Source: Octopus bimaculoides
Taxonomy: Eukaryota
Assembly: GCF_001194135.2 (NCBI RefSeq)
Contig: NC_068986.1
Span: forward strand, 8,640,128 to 8,682,515
Reading direction: 5' to 3'
DNA length: 42,388 nucleotides
The stretch's first letter is position 1. Each line of letters begins with the position of its first letter. Positions 1 through 10,596 of the stretch are shown in pieces. Made by a program: the position numbers and the translations under genes. The notes beneath the pieces were generated by a model, which searched no databases, was not told where the DNA came from, and saw only the letters and a program-made list of their open reading frames with translations.

Positions 1-280
1 TATATATATATATAACACTATGTATATAACTAACTTTAGTTACATTTTAACGCTATAAAACATTTCCATATATTCTTCCACTGCAAAGCTTCGTCCATTT
101 TAACACTACAACCACATAACGTAATTTGCCAACTAATCAGCATACTATAGATCTCCTTTCATCCAGTCTAATGAGATATTTTATACCCCATCAGCATCAC
201 CTAAAGGAATTATAATAGTAACTGTGAACATACTCTATTGGAGTTGCTCAGTTTTATTACCCAAGGCTAAAACTTTTTCT

Positions 281-340
281 GTTTCAACAACGTCACTTTG
301 ATGGTGGTTTCAACAACGTCACTTTGATGGTGGTTTCAAC
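281..340. repeat. 26-bp tandem repeat, about 2.3 copies (GTTTCAACAACGTCACTTTGATGGTG)
   Basis: Identical unit at 281-306 and 307-332, plus a partial third unit at 333-340. Confidence 0.9.
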
Positions 341-373
341 TCCGTTAACCTCTCGTTTTCTCGCGTAATATAC

Positions 374-814
374 TTCTTGCACGCGTTCCTCTATAAAACA
401 AACACACAAACGATTCACCATCAGACTAGAAACGTTCCTAGGGGTTCTTACCTAACCCAATACGTATTTCATTGTACAAAAGAGATAGTCTACCCCGCAC
501 CCAGAATGTTAATTATATTTAATCTTCAGCAGAAAAAAAAATCAAATACAACTTTCTAATCTTTCTTAAAACTTTTATATCTTACATTCAAATTCTTGCA
601 CGCGTTCCTCTATTAAACAAACACACAAACGATTCACCATCAGACTAGAAACGTTCCTAGGGGTTCTTATCTAACCCAATACGTATTTCATTGTACAAAA
701 GAGATAGTCTACCCCGCACCCAGAATGTTAATTATATTTAATCTTCAGCAGAAAAAAAAATCAAATACAACTTTCTAATCTTTCTTAAAACTTTTATATC
801 TTACATTCAAATTC
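374..814. repeat. Near-perfect 219-bp tandem duplication
   Basis: 374-592 and 593-811 match except for two substitutions that I found (ctataaaac/ctattaaac; cttacct/cttatct). Confidence 0.95.
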
Positions 815-1332
815 ATTTTTAACGAATCGCAAGTGAAACAAATTTTTGATAAAAGTGGCATCAAGGTGAGTTAGAACTGTGTAAAAATATATCAGCGGTT
901 TAGTAAGAATTACTAAAGAGCTATTCCGAACAACATTCGGTAAACGGATTATAAAATTAAGACAAAAGAGATCTGTTTAGAAATGAAAATTTTCAAACAA
1001 AAATCAATCAAACGAAGGTAAAATGTTAGGTCAGTAACATAGAATCAATATTCTATTGGCTGAGCTAAGAAAGATTTAAAATCTGTTATCTCAATTTTAA
1101 ATCCATCAACAAGAATGAAGTGAATTCCAAACCATTATTCATATACGTGTGATACTCGAAGGAACCCTATTTTAACCACTTCGACATCAACTGGTCAATT
1201 AGCATTCACAACATGCAAAACAATTCCAGCAATACGCTACAAGAAATGTCCTGCAATGACCAAATATCCGATACATTAAGCAACGAATCAGGGATAACAT
1301 CAAAATGCCGTCATGAAGACTTATTTGACTGA
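374..1332 (+). mobile_element. Decayed Penelope-like element (PLE), linker and GIY-YIG endonuclease end
   Basis: Manual translation gives PLE C-terminal motifs: RMLIIFN...NTTF*SFLKLL (from 503; cf. R.R.IIWFNPP...TNIG..FL.LL), QIFDKSGIKVS*NC (from 839; cf. KIFN..TVKVSYSC), RFKICYLN, LFIYV*YSKE...FDINWSI (~1135-1200; cf. LS.YVW.LKE...I.WSI) and ITSKCRH (~1296-1316). Many stops and frameshifts. Consensus motifs are from memory. Confidence 0.65.
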
Positions 1333-1786
1333 TAAATTACAATAGCATTGGTGTATTGGTCGTAAACAAATAGGATCAGTTAAATGTTCACAACATACAC
1401 CTATTATTGCCCTTATCAATATAGGCAATCCGCCATATCCACTGGCCAGAGGTAATAACTTTTGAGTTTACTTTTTTCGAACTTATGAACAACTGACCGA
1501 TTGTGTGTATGTGTGTGTGTGTGTGTGTGTGTNNNNNNNNNNNNNNNNNNNNNNNNNNNNNNNNNNNNNNNNNNNNNNNNNNNNNNNNNNNNNNNNNNNN
1601 NNNNNNNNNNNNNNNNNNNNNNNNNNNNNNNNNNNNNNNNNNNNNNNNNNNNNNNNNNNNNNNNNNNNNNNNNNNNNNNNNNNNNNNNNNNNNNNNNNNN
1701 NNNNNNNNNNNNNNNNNNNNNNNNNNNNNNNNNNNNNNNNNNNNNNNNNNNNNNNNNNNNNNNNNNNNNNNNNNNNNNNNNNNNNN

Positions 1787-1819
<33 letters not shown>

Positions 1820-1955
1820 TCTCTTGATCCCCTCCATTTTTGCTATATATATATATATATACACACACTCACACACGCAATCTTACTAGCCTAAGACTTT
1901 ATTTGATAAAAATACCGAACACACCACGGAACGGTACACACTACCAGTCACCATC

Positions 1956-2068
1956 ATATACATATATACATACACACATACATACATGCATACATACATA
2001 CATGCTTGCATATATACATACATACCTGCGTACACGCATACATACATACATACATACATACATACACA
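1956..2068. repeat. (CATA)n-type microsatellite
   Basis: Direct reading. Confidence 0.9.
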
Positions 2069-2611
2069 TGTTCCCAATCAAATACATCCTCAACTGGTGT
2101 AGATATTCACTCAAAAACTGGCGAACATTCAAACAATTCATGAAGGTCTTTGTTTTCAGGGGTGGTGGTCCGATTTGTATCATCTCATGTAATAACGACA
2201 ATAATAATAGTAATAAAAGGGAGGGCAATAGGGAGGGGAATAAGATGGGGTTTCAATGAATATTTTATGCGGTGAGGGAAAAAGACGGAAAGAGAGAGAG
2301 ATTAGGGATATTAGGGAATCGCTCAAGTAATGTAAAGTTGGAATGACGAGGCGAGGGAAGGGGTCAGTCGCTGTTCACATTTATCCTAATCTTGTGAGGC
2401 TTCTGGTTGATGTCACCAGATTTTGGATTTCCTTGTTCGGCTTACTGTTTTCTGTGTTGAATTTCTTTCCATTCCTTGTATCATGGCTACGATCTATAGA
2501 ACTCTGTACAAGCTGGAGCATGTCATTCTAGTGATATGAGAAGCCAACCGAATATTTACAGTAACGATTCTCAAACCTTAGAGTCTTCTCAGAATTCTTT
2601 ACTCCATTTCT

Positions 2612-2712
2612 CGTCGATTAGATAAGTACCAGTTACGCACTGGGGTCGATGTAATCTACGAGTCCCCTTCCCACAAATTTCAGGCCTTGTGCTTATAGTA
2701 GAACGGATTATT
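2612..2712 (+). mobile_element. tRNA-derived SINE family C, 5'-truncated 3' part
   Basis: gataagtaccagttacgcactggggtcgat...aggccttgtgcttatagtagaa matches the body and tail of the other family-C copies in this window. Confidence 0.8.
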
Positions 2713-2729
2713 ATATATTTTTGTTTTTA

Positions 2730-3955
2730 TCTCAGGTTTTGTTGGAACTCTTGGAGTCTTGCATACATAACGGGTTTGTTGCTTATAGCCCACGGTACCA
2801 TGTTAGGTGGTCAGTCTGTTGCCAGCATTCTCTGAGTGCGGATTAGGTATGCCGTGGATCCTAATGCGCAGAAACGCATTATGAATGGTGAGCGCGTGTG
2901 GGCTCCGTTTGTGAGGCACGTCTTTCCGCAGCTCGTCTCCTTGGCGGAGTTGCTGTCCTGGATGAAAAAAAGACCGAGATTAGGCGCCTGGCACTTAAAG
3001 TGTCGTCAGACACTCACAGCCCTCTACCAGTTGCGCAATGGGATCCGTGGGTATTCCGCTTTAGAAACTTATAGAGGATTAGTGGCGGGGAAGTGCGACG
3101 ACGTGCTCGGAAAGACTCCGGGCTCCGTCGCGAACGAACTGGCTAGTCTGTTTCGGAGGACTTACCGGTCGGGAACTAACATAGATAACTTCCAGATGTC
3201 CTTGGTCTGGCAATGCTACCGGGGGTGAGGCGCTACCGGTTCAAGATAAACTCTACGGGCACAGGTGTGCTGTCAGACGGGCTTGTCCGAGGTGCGCGCA
3301 GAGTGACGAAACTGTTCTGCATGCCCTCCTTAAGTGTCCGGGCATTACTGACTTGTGAGGTTATGTTTAACAGCTTCTGTCACGCGTGGAATGGATCCGT
3401 CTGTCGGCCGAGTCTGTAGTGATGATCACACTGCCGCACTCCTTACATCGGGCAGGCAAGGCAGTTTTCCTTTGCCTGGTGGCTGTGACAAAAGAGGTTG
3501 TTTGGTGGGCAAGGCTGAAAGGTATGAGGATAGATACATTCCTCTTTGGTATAGCTCTCATTGACTTCATCAAGTTTCATTTGAAACGGAAATTGAGAGT
3601 GGAGAGGGAAATGCTGTCCTCGAGTGTGTTTATTGAAAGGTGGGTGAAAGTTGCGAAAAGTGTAGACCTGTGAGTCGCAGAGAAGGAATTGGAGAGGGCA
3701 CTTGCTCTGAGGTTTCAGGGAAATCCCGGACAGTAGGGTTCCTCGATTATCCCTAGAGGCCTTCCTGTTACATCTCTATCATCTTCCCCTTCACCTTTTT
3801 TTTTAAAAATTCCTTTGTATGTTATGCATATGTCCCTTCTTTTTCAATGTAGACTTACTTTCTCTTTTCTTATCATTTCATTATATGTAAACCCCCATAC
3901 TTTATGTGTCTTTGTATTGTCCTCCTCATCCTTCACACTTGTGGCAAATAAATGA
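2730..3955 (+). mobile_element. L1/Tx1-clade non-LTR retrotransposon, 5'-truncated 3' fragment (pseudo-ORF2 C-terminus plus 3' UTR)
   Basis: GLGMP post-RT motif (2840-2854). Cys/His knuckle WQCYRG / ALPVQDKLY...CPRC...ETVLHALLKC (~3208-3340). Frame ends KVAKSVDL* at 3673, followed by a pyrimidine-rich 3' UTR and AATAAA at 3947-3952. Several stops and frameshifts. Confidence 0.8.
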
Positions 3956-3956
3956 A

Positions 3957-3960
<4 letters not shown>

Positions 3961-4039
<79 letters not shown>

Positions 4040-4040
4040 C
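3961..4040. repeat. (TTA)n microsatellite between two tail-to-tail retroelements
   Basis: Direct reading. Confidence 0.95.
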
Positions 4041-4166
4041 ATTAGTATTGAGTGAGAGAGCAACGCAGCCCATCAAAGTGACATTGGGGTAGAAATATAC
4101 GAAGCTTAATATTCCTATCATCACTACTCATCTGAAAAGGATACACCAGGCACATGCATCACAACC

Positions 4167-4450
4167 CTTGACTGCGGCGGACGGCGTTTTCGAGTCGTGA
4201 CCGCCTCTCGACCGGACGGGGCTCCGGGATGATGGGATCCCGGGGTCGCATTGTGTGTTCGAGGTGTCGATGTTCACTGAGTCCTGCAAATCGCATCAGT
4301 TCACGCGGATAGCCGCGCTCTTCATCGACGGACGAGCCGAGTGATCCCCCGCCCAGGGTTTCGGTATTTGCTACTACAACTACTGACCACCACGTACTGA
4401 AAGGGATGCGGTGCGGCGCGGCGCGATGCCGCTCGTTGTCTGCGAAACAT
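4167..4450 (-). other. rDNA/pre-rRNA fragment: about 90 bp ITS1-like + 5.8S + about 33 bp ITS2-like
   Basis: GC-rich flanks on both sides of the 5.8S are not part of family A (absent from the 7021-7222 copy). ITS identity is inferred from position. Confidence 0.7.
4200..4360 (-). rRNA. 5.8S rRNA: Orphan 5.8S rRNA copy, apparently full-length and probably a pseudogene
   Basis: The reverse complement reads AACCCTGGGCGGGGGATCACTCGGCTCGTCCGTCGATGAAGAGCGCGGCTATCCGCGTGAACTGATGCGATTTGCAGGAC...CATCGACACCTCGAAC...CCGGGATCCCATCATCCCGG...GAGAGGCGG. This is colinear with the conserved metazoan 5.8S motifs (GGATCACTCGGCTCG, CGATGAAGAACGCAGC, TTGCAGGAC) and the 3' GC hairpin. No 18S or 28S sequence nearby. 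Confidence 0.92.
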
Positions 4451-4893
4451 ATGGTGGTCTCATATCAAGATAAACAGCGCATGACCTCGCAGGTGGGGCC
4501 CAGTTACAATTGTCTTCAGGTAGAGTAGCCCAACCCGCTCAAAAGTTCCCTGAATAAGGGTTAGTTAAGGGTGTTGAACGAAACACCCATATTTCCAGAG
4601 GTGACTTATCCAAACCCCAAAGAATTCCTCTCATCACATGGCTATGATGCTCCCCCACTACTTCTGCTCGTGATCAGAGATGCACATATTGTCAGCCACT
4701 AAGGGACATGCACAACTGGTTAAGGTCAAACAACTGACAAGCAAATATGTGATATTGAACAGAATATTTGCTTTGGCCCATCTTTGTATACAAGACAAAA
4801 CAATATCCATGATAACACCTCCAATTAGTTAAGATGAGAAGCCATGAGAGCCACTACCTGGTACTGCATCAGGGTAGACATATTATTATTATT

Positions 4894-5170
4894 CCTATTT
4901 GACGAAAACTCTCAGCTTATTTTGCTGGGTATGATGGGAAGTGTCAGCTGTCTCCAGCCAGCAGACTAAGGTGACGCTTATTGATCATGCTCCAAGAACC
5001 CTGCGGTGAACTCTTGCAGTTCCAATCAATGACGATTTTTGTAGGTGTTCTATCTTTACATTTGTACCAATGTTTTTGAGTCACGTTGGCAGAATGGATG
5101 CTGATACTCTCAAGTGCGCCAATCACTCTTGCTCTCACGACCATTCTCTTCATTGCCCAAAACCTGTGTA
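4894..5170 (-). mobile_element. R4/Dong-clade (restriction-like endonuclease) non-LTR retrotransposon, 3' fragment with (AAT)n tail
   Basis: The minus strand gives WAMKRMVVRARVIGALES, then after a frameshift IGTNVKIEHLQKSSLIGTARVHRRVLGA* (stop at 4985-4987), the typical R4/Dong C-terminus (..GALG...LQK.ALLGTARILR.VL). 3' UTR 4894-4984, then AATAATAATAAT. Confidence 0.8.
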
Positions 5171-5174
5171 TTTC

Positions 5175-5249
5175 CGACGAGCACTGGGGGCGATATAATC
5201 GAGTTACCCCAACCCCGCGAAATTGTAGATCTTGTGCCAAAATTTTAAG

Positions 5250-5250
<1 letters not shown>
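5175..5250 (+). mobile_element. SINE family C 3' fragment
   Basis: gagcactgggggcgatataatcgagttacccc...ttgtgccaaaattt matches the family-C tail. Confidence 0.65.
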
Positions 5251-5334
<84 letters not shown>

Positions 5335-5918
5335 TACCACTACGACTACTACTACTACCACCACTACTACTACTACTACTACTTCTACTACTACTACTAC
5401 TACTACTTCTACTACTACTACTACTACTGCTACTGCTACTGCTACTACTACTACTACCACCACTACTACTACTACTATTACCACCACTACTACTACTACT
5501 ACTGCTACTACTTCTACTACTACTNNNNNNNNNNNNNNNNNNNNNNNNNNNNNNNNNNNNNNNNNNNNNNNNNNNNNNNNNNNNNNNNNNNNNNNNNNNN
5601 NNNNNNNNNNNNNNNNNNNNNNNNNNNNNNNNNNNNNNNNNNNNNNNNNNNNNNNNNNNNNNNNNNNNNNNNNNNNNNNNNNNNNNNNNNNNNNNNNNNN
5701 NNNNNNNNNNNNNNNNNNNNNNNNNNNNNNNNNNNNNNNNNNNNNNNNNNNNNNNNNNNNNNNNNNNNNNNNNNNNNNNNNNNNNNACTACTACTACTAC
5801 CACCACTACTACTACTACTATTACCACCACTACTACTACTACTACTGCTACTACTTCTACTACTACTTCTACTACTACTACTACTACTACTACTACTGCT
5901 ACTACTTCTACTACTACT

Positions 5919-5976
<58 letters not shown>
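5251..5976. repeat. (CTA/CCA)n trinucleotide array spanning an assembly gap
   Basis: Direct reading; gap at 5525-5786. Confidence 0.95.
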
Positions 5977-6552
5977 ATATAATGTTACATATATAGTGTT
6001 AGCAGTTGTTTAGCACAACGTTACATCAGTTTATGTGAGGTGAAATCGCTGAACGAATTCGTAGACAACATTCGCGACTAGCCTCGTGTTTTGGTTTCAC
6101 TTGTAACTGGTTCAGTGTGTTGCAACAACACTCCCCTACACATAAGTATAATCAGAGAGAGTGGGGGAGGGGGAGAGGAAGAGGGAAAGAGGGAGAGGGA
6201 GAGAGTGCGAAAGAGAGACTATTGAATTGGCGAGAAACATGAGAAGCTGTTCGTTCACGCATATTTCATTAAAAGCACGAGTTTAGTGTATTTTTCAATA
6301 TATATTTTTAATTTATTGCGTTCTTTTGTTGTTCCTTTGATGCTATTAGGAGCGTGTATAAATGTTTCACCAGCTCTATAATAAAAGATAAACTACACCT
6401 GTACACACCTTCGCATACACGTACACATACACCGTATATAAAGCAATATTATATAACATAAAACAACAGCAACTATAATAATAACGATAATAATTATTAT
6501 TATTATTATTTCAAATTTTTTCCACATGGGCAGCTTGGGGAAGGTGGGGATG

Positions 6553-6707
6553 AGGCGATTGCATCGACCCCAGTATTCAACTGGTACTTAATTTATCGAC
6601 CACGAAAGGATAAAAAGCAAAGTCAACCTCGGTGGAATTTGAACTCAGACGAAATACCGCTAAGCATTTCGTCCGGCGTGCTAACGATTCTGCCAGCTCG
6701 CCGCCTT
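6553..6707 (-). mobile_element. tRNA-derived SINE family C with intact head
   Basis: The minus strand begins AAGGCGGCGAGCTGGCAGAATCGTTAGC (A-box-like) and contains GAGTTCAAATTCC (B-box), followed by the family-C body. Confidence 0.85.
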
Positions 6708-6708
<1 letters not shown>

Positions 6709-6793
<85 letters not shown>

Positions 6794-6801
6794 TGATGAT
6801 G

Positions 6802-6853
<52 letters not shown>

Positions 6854-6876
6854 TAATAATAATAATAATAACAATA
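6709..6876. repeat. (TAA)n/(TGA)n microsatellite
   Basis: Direct reading. Confidence 0.95.
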
Positions 6877-7020
6877 CTTAAGAATGATCTCTAGCTTACC
6901 ATCCATGCAGGAAGTGCAAAAGATTGTTAACCAGTTCGTCACTCATATTGAGAAAAAACATTGTCGCTGTAAATTTTCTTTCCATTTTCCGCCTTTATTT
7001 GTTTACTTTTATATTTCTTA

Positions 7021-7222
7021 GAAAATTCTAACTGGGCCCCACCGTTAAGGCCATGCGCTGTTGATATGAAATCGCCATGTTGTGCACATACAGTTGTGAT
7101 GCTTGTGCCTGGTGTACCCTTATCAGACGGGTAGTCATGAGAGGTATATCGGGTTTCGTATATTTGTACCCCAATGTCATTTTAATGGTATGCACTGCTC
7201 TCTCGCTCAATAATAATTATAA
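7021..7222 (+). mobile_element. Family A, 5'-truncated 3' fragment with (AAT)n tail (uninterrupted)
   Basis: The reverse complement aligns to 4049-4166 joined directly to 4451-4515, i.e. without the rDNA insert. Confidence 0.85.
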
Positions 7223-7859
7223 TACTATATGGACCCCTGTTAAGAACTAATGTTTTAAAGTATATAGTGTACAATAGTAAATATCTATTGGCAAATAATT
7301 TTGTATGTTATGACGAATCTAAACAACTGTACCACACAATATTATGTTCCATGATAGTGAAAAAAGGTGATGCGGAACTGTTTGACTCTCGTTGGAATTC
7401 TATGATAACAGCTGTGCACCCACCCTAACTATTCAAGAACACACTACTTATAAACCCAGTAATGTTAGGAGGTAAAGTACTCTGGATAAACCAATTTGCA
7501 TATTCAAATTGGTTCTTGGTCCGCTGAGTCTTCAATCTGTCTTTTCTTCTGCTCTTTAAAGTATTCTCTGCACCTCACAGATTATTTAGGGCTCTTGTAA
7601 CTCTTAGTTATTTCCATCCAACTTGTTTCATCTCTATTGAAACATATTCTGACAACCTCCTCCCCATCCCAGACAGTAATAACTAGTTCTTCCAATCCTT
7701 TCCCCAGCAAATGTCAACCCTCTGGAATTCTTTCCGTGTACAAGTTTTCTCTTTTGCTACCAACTTGTAAATCTTCAAACAAAATATATATGTATATTAA
7801 CTACATTGATTTTACCGTCTCGGAGGGACAACGGAGGACTAGCGGAAGCCACAGGTACA

Positions 7860-8440
7860 GCACTTTCCATCAATGATTCAGGGAATTCGGGATAAATATC
7901 ACAGTTTGCATAAAATGAAGAGAACACCAAAAATAAAAGTATTTAAAAAAATCAGAAGATATCAACTCGATTATGGCTGGGAGATAACAGTTTCCTCAAA
8001 GTAGCCACCATCAGCTTCCACCCGGAAGCCTCAAGACGGCTCCGGAACTTGGTTCATGGGTTCTTCATTGTGTCCCAAAGAAAATCTTCGGACACTTCCT
8101 TCCTCTTGGTCACCAGCTTGGCCTTTGTGTTGCAGGTAGAGTGGTTGGTGTCTTTCTCAACCACATCCCACACATAGGATTACCATGGAAGAATTAGGAA
8201 GCCAAGAATTGGGGCTGATGAAGTCGAAGAAATTCTCCAACAACCAAATTTAACTCTTCTTCCCGGAGGTGTGGCAAGCAGCCGAGCCTCGCTTCAGCAA
8301 CGCATATGGCTTACCAGCTGCAACCTTCTCTAACCAGGGATTGATTACCTGTCCCTACGGGTTTCATATAGCCGTATAAATTGAGACTAAAGTCATGTTC
8401 AAAAGAGTGGGGGTGAATACCGGCGTGTGGACATAGTCAG
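7860..8440 (-). mobile_element. Tc1/mariner superfamily (maT/DD37D-like) transposase remnant
   Basis: Minus strand: PWLEKVAAGKPYALLKRGSAACHTSGKK (cf. PW...VA.GRPYV.QQDSAP.H), WLLENFFDFISPNSWLPNS, YVWDVVEKDTN, KFRSRLEA...EADGGYFE. The PDLNPLD segment is deleted; stops and frameshifts present. Confidence 0.75.
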
Positions 8441-8592
8441 GACGCCGCTGTGTCCCTGCTGGTCGTAGTCTCCGTTGCAGCTGTCTATGTCACATCTTAC
8501 AACCTTTACACTGTCTACAGAGCATTGAGAAGCAGTCGTAATGTCGGCATTTTGATATCCGGCGCGAGTTATCGTGACTGTTTTCCACTATT

Positions 8593-8770
8593 CAGACGGG
8601 CAAAATGCTGAGCTGCATTTCGTCCGTCTTTACGATTTGAGTTCAAATTTCGCCGAGGTCGAGTTTGTCTTTCAACATTTTGAGGTCGATAAAATTAGTA
8701 CCAGTTGATCACTGTGTGATCGATATAATCAACTTCTCCACCCCCACAAAGCTGCTGCACTTGTAGCAGT
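8593..8770 (+). mobile_element. SINE family C (degenerate, B-box retained)
   Basis: gggcaaaatgctgagctgcatttcgtcc...GAGTTCAAATTT cgccgaggtcg...gtcgataaaattagtaccagttg. Confidence 0.8.
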
Positions 8771-8970
8771 CCTACGTGTCACTAAACTTTTCCTAAGGTA
8801 TAACTTTAATCTTTATGCTCTCCCACGCTGTTGTCTGTTCACCAATACAGCAAGCAGCTATTCCTGGCAAATTTAGCCCGAACATCCTCTACATACATAG
8901 AGAGAGGGGGAGAGAGAAATACACACACACACACATGCATGTATATACTCATATTTATATATATACACAC

Positions 8971-9018
<48 letters not shown>

Positions 9019-10275
9019 NNNNNNNNNNNNNNNNNNNNNNNNNNNNNNNNNNNNNNNNNNNNNNNNNNNNNNNNNNNNNNNNNNNNNNNNNNNNNNNNNN
9101 NNNNNNNNNNNNNNNNNNNNNNNNNNNNNNNNNNNNNNNNNNNNNNNNNNNNNNNNNNNNNNNNNNNNNNNNNNNNNNNNNNNNNNNNNNNNNNNNNNNN
9201 NNNNNNNNNNNNNNNNNNNNNNNNNNNNNNNNNNNNNNNNNNNNNNNNNNNNNNNNNNNNNNNNNNNNNNNNNNNNNNNNNNNNNNNNNNNNNNNNNNNN
9301 NNNNNNNNNNNNNNNNNNNNNNNNNNNNNNNNNNNNNNNNNNNNNNNNNNNNNNNNNNNNNNNNNNNNNNNNNNNNNNNNNNNNNNNNNNNNNNNNNNNN
9401 NNNNNNNNNNNNNNNNNNNNNNNNNNNNNNNNNNNNNNNNNNNNNNNNNNNNNNNNNNNNNNNNNNNNNNNNNNNNNNNNNNNNNNNNNNNNNNNNNNNN
9501 NNNNNNNNNNNNNNNNNNNNNNNNNNNNNNNNNNNNNNNNNNNNNNNNNNNNNNNNNNNNNNNNNNNNNNNNNNNNNNNNNNNNNNNNNNNNNNNNNNNN
9601 NNNNNNNNNNNNNNNNNNNNNNNNNNNNNNNNNNNNNNNNNNNNNNNNNNNNNNNNNNNNNNNNNNNNNNNNNNNNNNNNNNNNNNNNNNNNNNNNNNNN
9701 NNNNNNNNNNNNNNNNNNNNNNNNNNNNNNNNNNNNNNNNNNNNNNNNNNNNNNNNNNNNNNNNNNNNNNNNNNNNNNNNNNNNNNNNNNNNNNNNNNNN
9801 NNNNNNNNNNNNNNNNNNNNNNNNNNNNNNNNNNNNNNNNNNNNNNNNNNNNNNNNNNNNNNNNNNNNNNNNNNNNNNNNNNNNNNNNNNNNNNNNNNNN
9901 NNNNNNNNNNNNNNNNNNNNNNNNNNNNNNNNNNNNNNNNNNNNNNNNNTAATAAACCTTTAAGATGGAATTGATTTAAACTGACTCATCACTTAAAGAC
10001 AATTCCATACCCCAAAAAAACTCTTATCTCAAGGAATAAATAGATCTAGCTGATGTTTGTCAATTGAATCTCTTCTCCATTTTCTTCCTTGCCTTATATA
10101 AATTCTGGATAAACTTTTGTTTACATCCACTTTTGCCTATTATTCAATTGTGCTATTGCCTTGCAACAATAAACATTTGGATATAAATGGATATTCCTCC
10201 AGTAGTATACTGGATATTTATTATCCCTTGGATAGTTGTCTAACCTCTAACTCATATATACTTATATATGTTTGC

Positions 10276-10324
<49 letters not shown>

Positions 10325-10596
10325 CGTCTTATGCGATGTCCTTGGTCATCGTCAATAACGACAGATGAACTATTAATACATATATGTGTGTATGAATGTG
10401 TGTGTGTGTATGTGTGTGTATGTGGGGTTTTTTTTTGTTATTGTTGTTATTGCTGTGTGATTTACAGTTTGACGTTAACTTGATCTTAATATCTTATTAA
10501 GATGGATGAGCAAAAACGATCAGACATTTTGCTCTTACGTTTTTGATGAGTAATATTCGCTTTGTTTCTTTATATAATCCAAGTTCCATTTGCTCC

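Larger units (their letters stand above)
4049..4874 (-). mobile_element. Unclassified interspersed repeat family A (retroposon-like, (AAT)n tail), interrupted by an rDNA fragment
   Basis: Homologous to 7021-7222 (opposite strand) and 37204-37467 (same strand). Orientation is inferred from the truncated 7-kb copy, which keeps the ...CTCTCGCTCA(AAT)n end. Confidence 0.8.

Noticed and set aside
281-340. Short direct repeats (also 34880-34929 and 38619-38649) as CRISPR-like arrays
   Set aside because: The units are contiguous with no unique spacers, and the context is eukaryotic.
4200-4360. Functional rDNA unit
   Set aside because: There is no 18S or 28S, the copy is embedded in a repeat, and it deviates from conserved motifs (e.g. 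CTCGAACACA versus TCGAACGCA). Some deviations may be lineage-specific.
6553-6707. tRNA-like A and B boxes here and at 11040-11140, 15600-15670, 27207-27270 and 34538-34610 as true tRNA genes
   Set aside because: They continue into repeated SINE bodies and lack a complete cloverleaf, so they are SINE heads.
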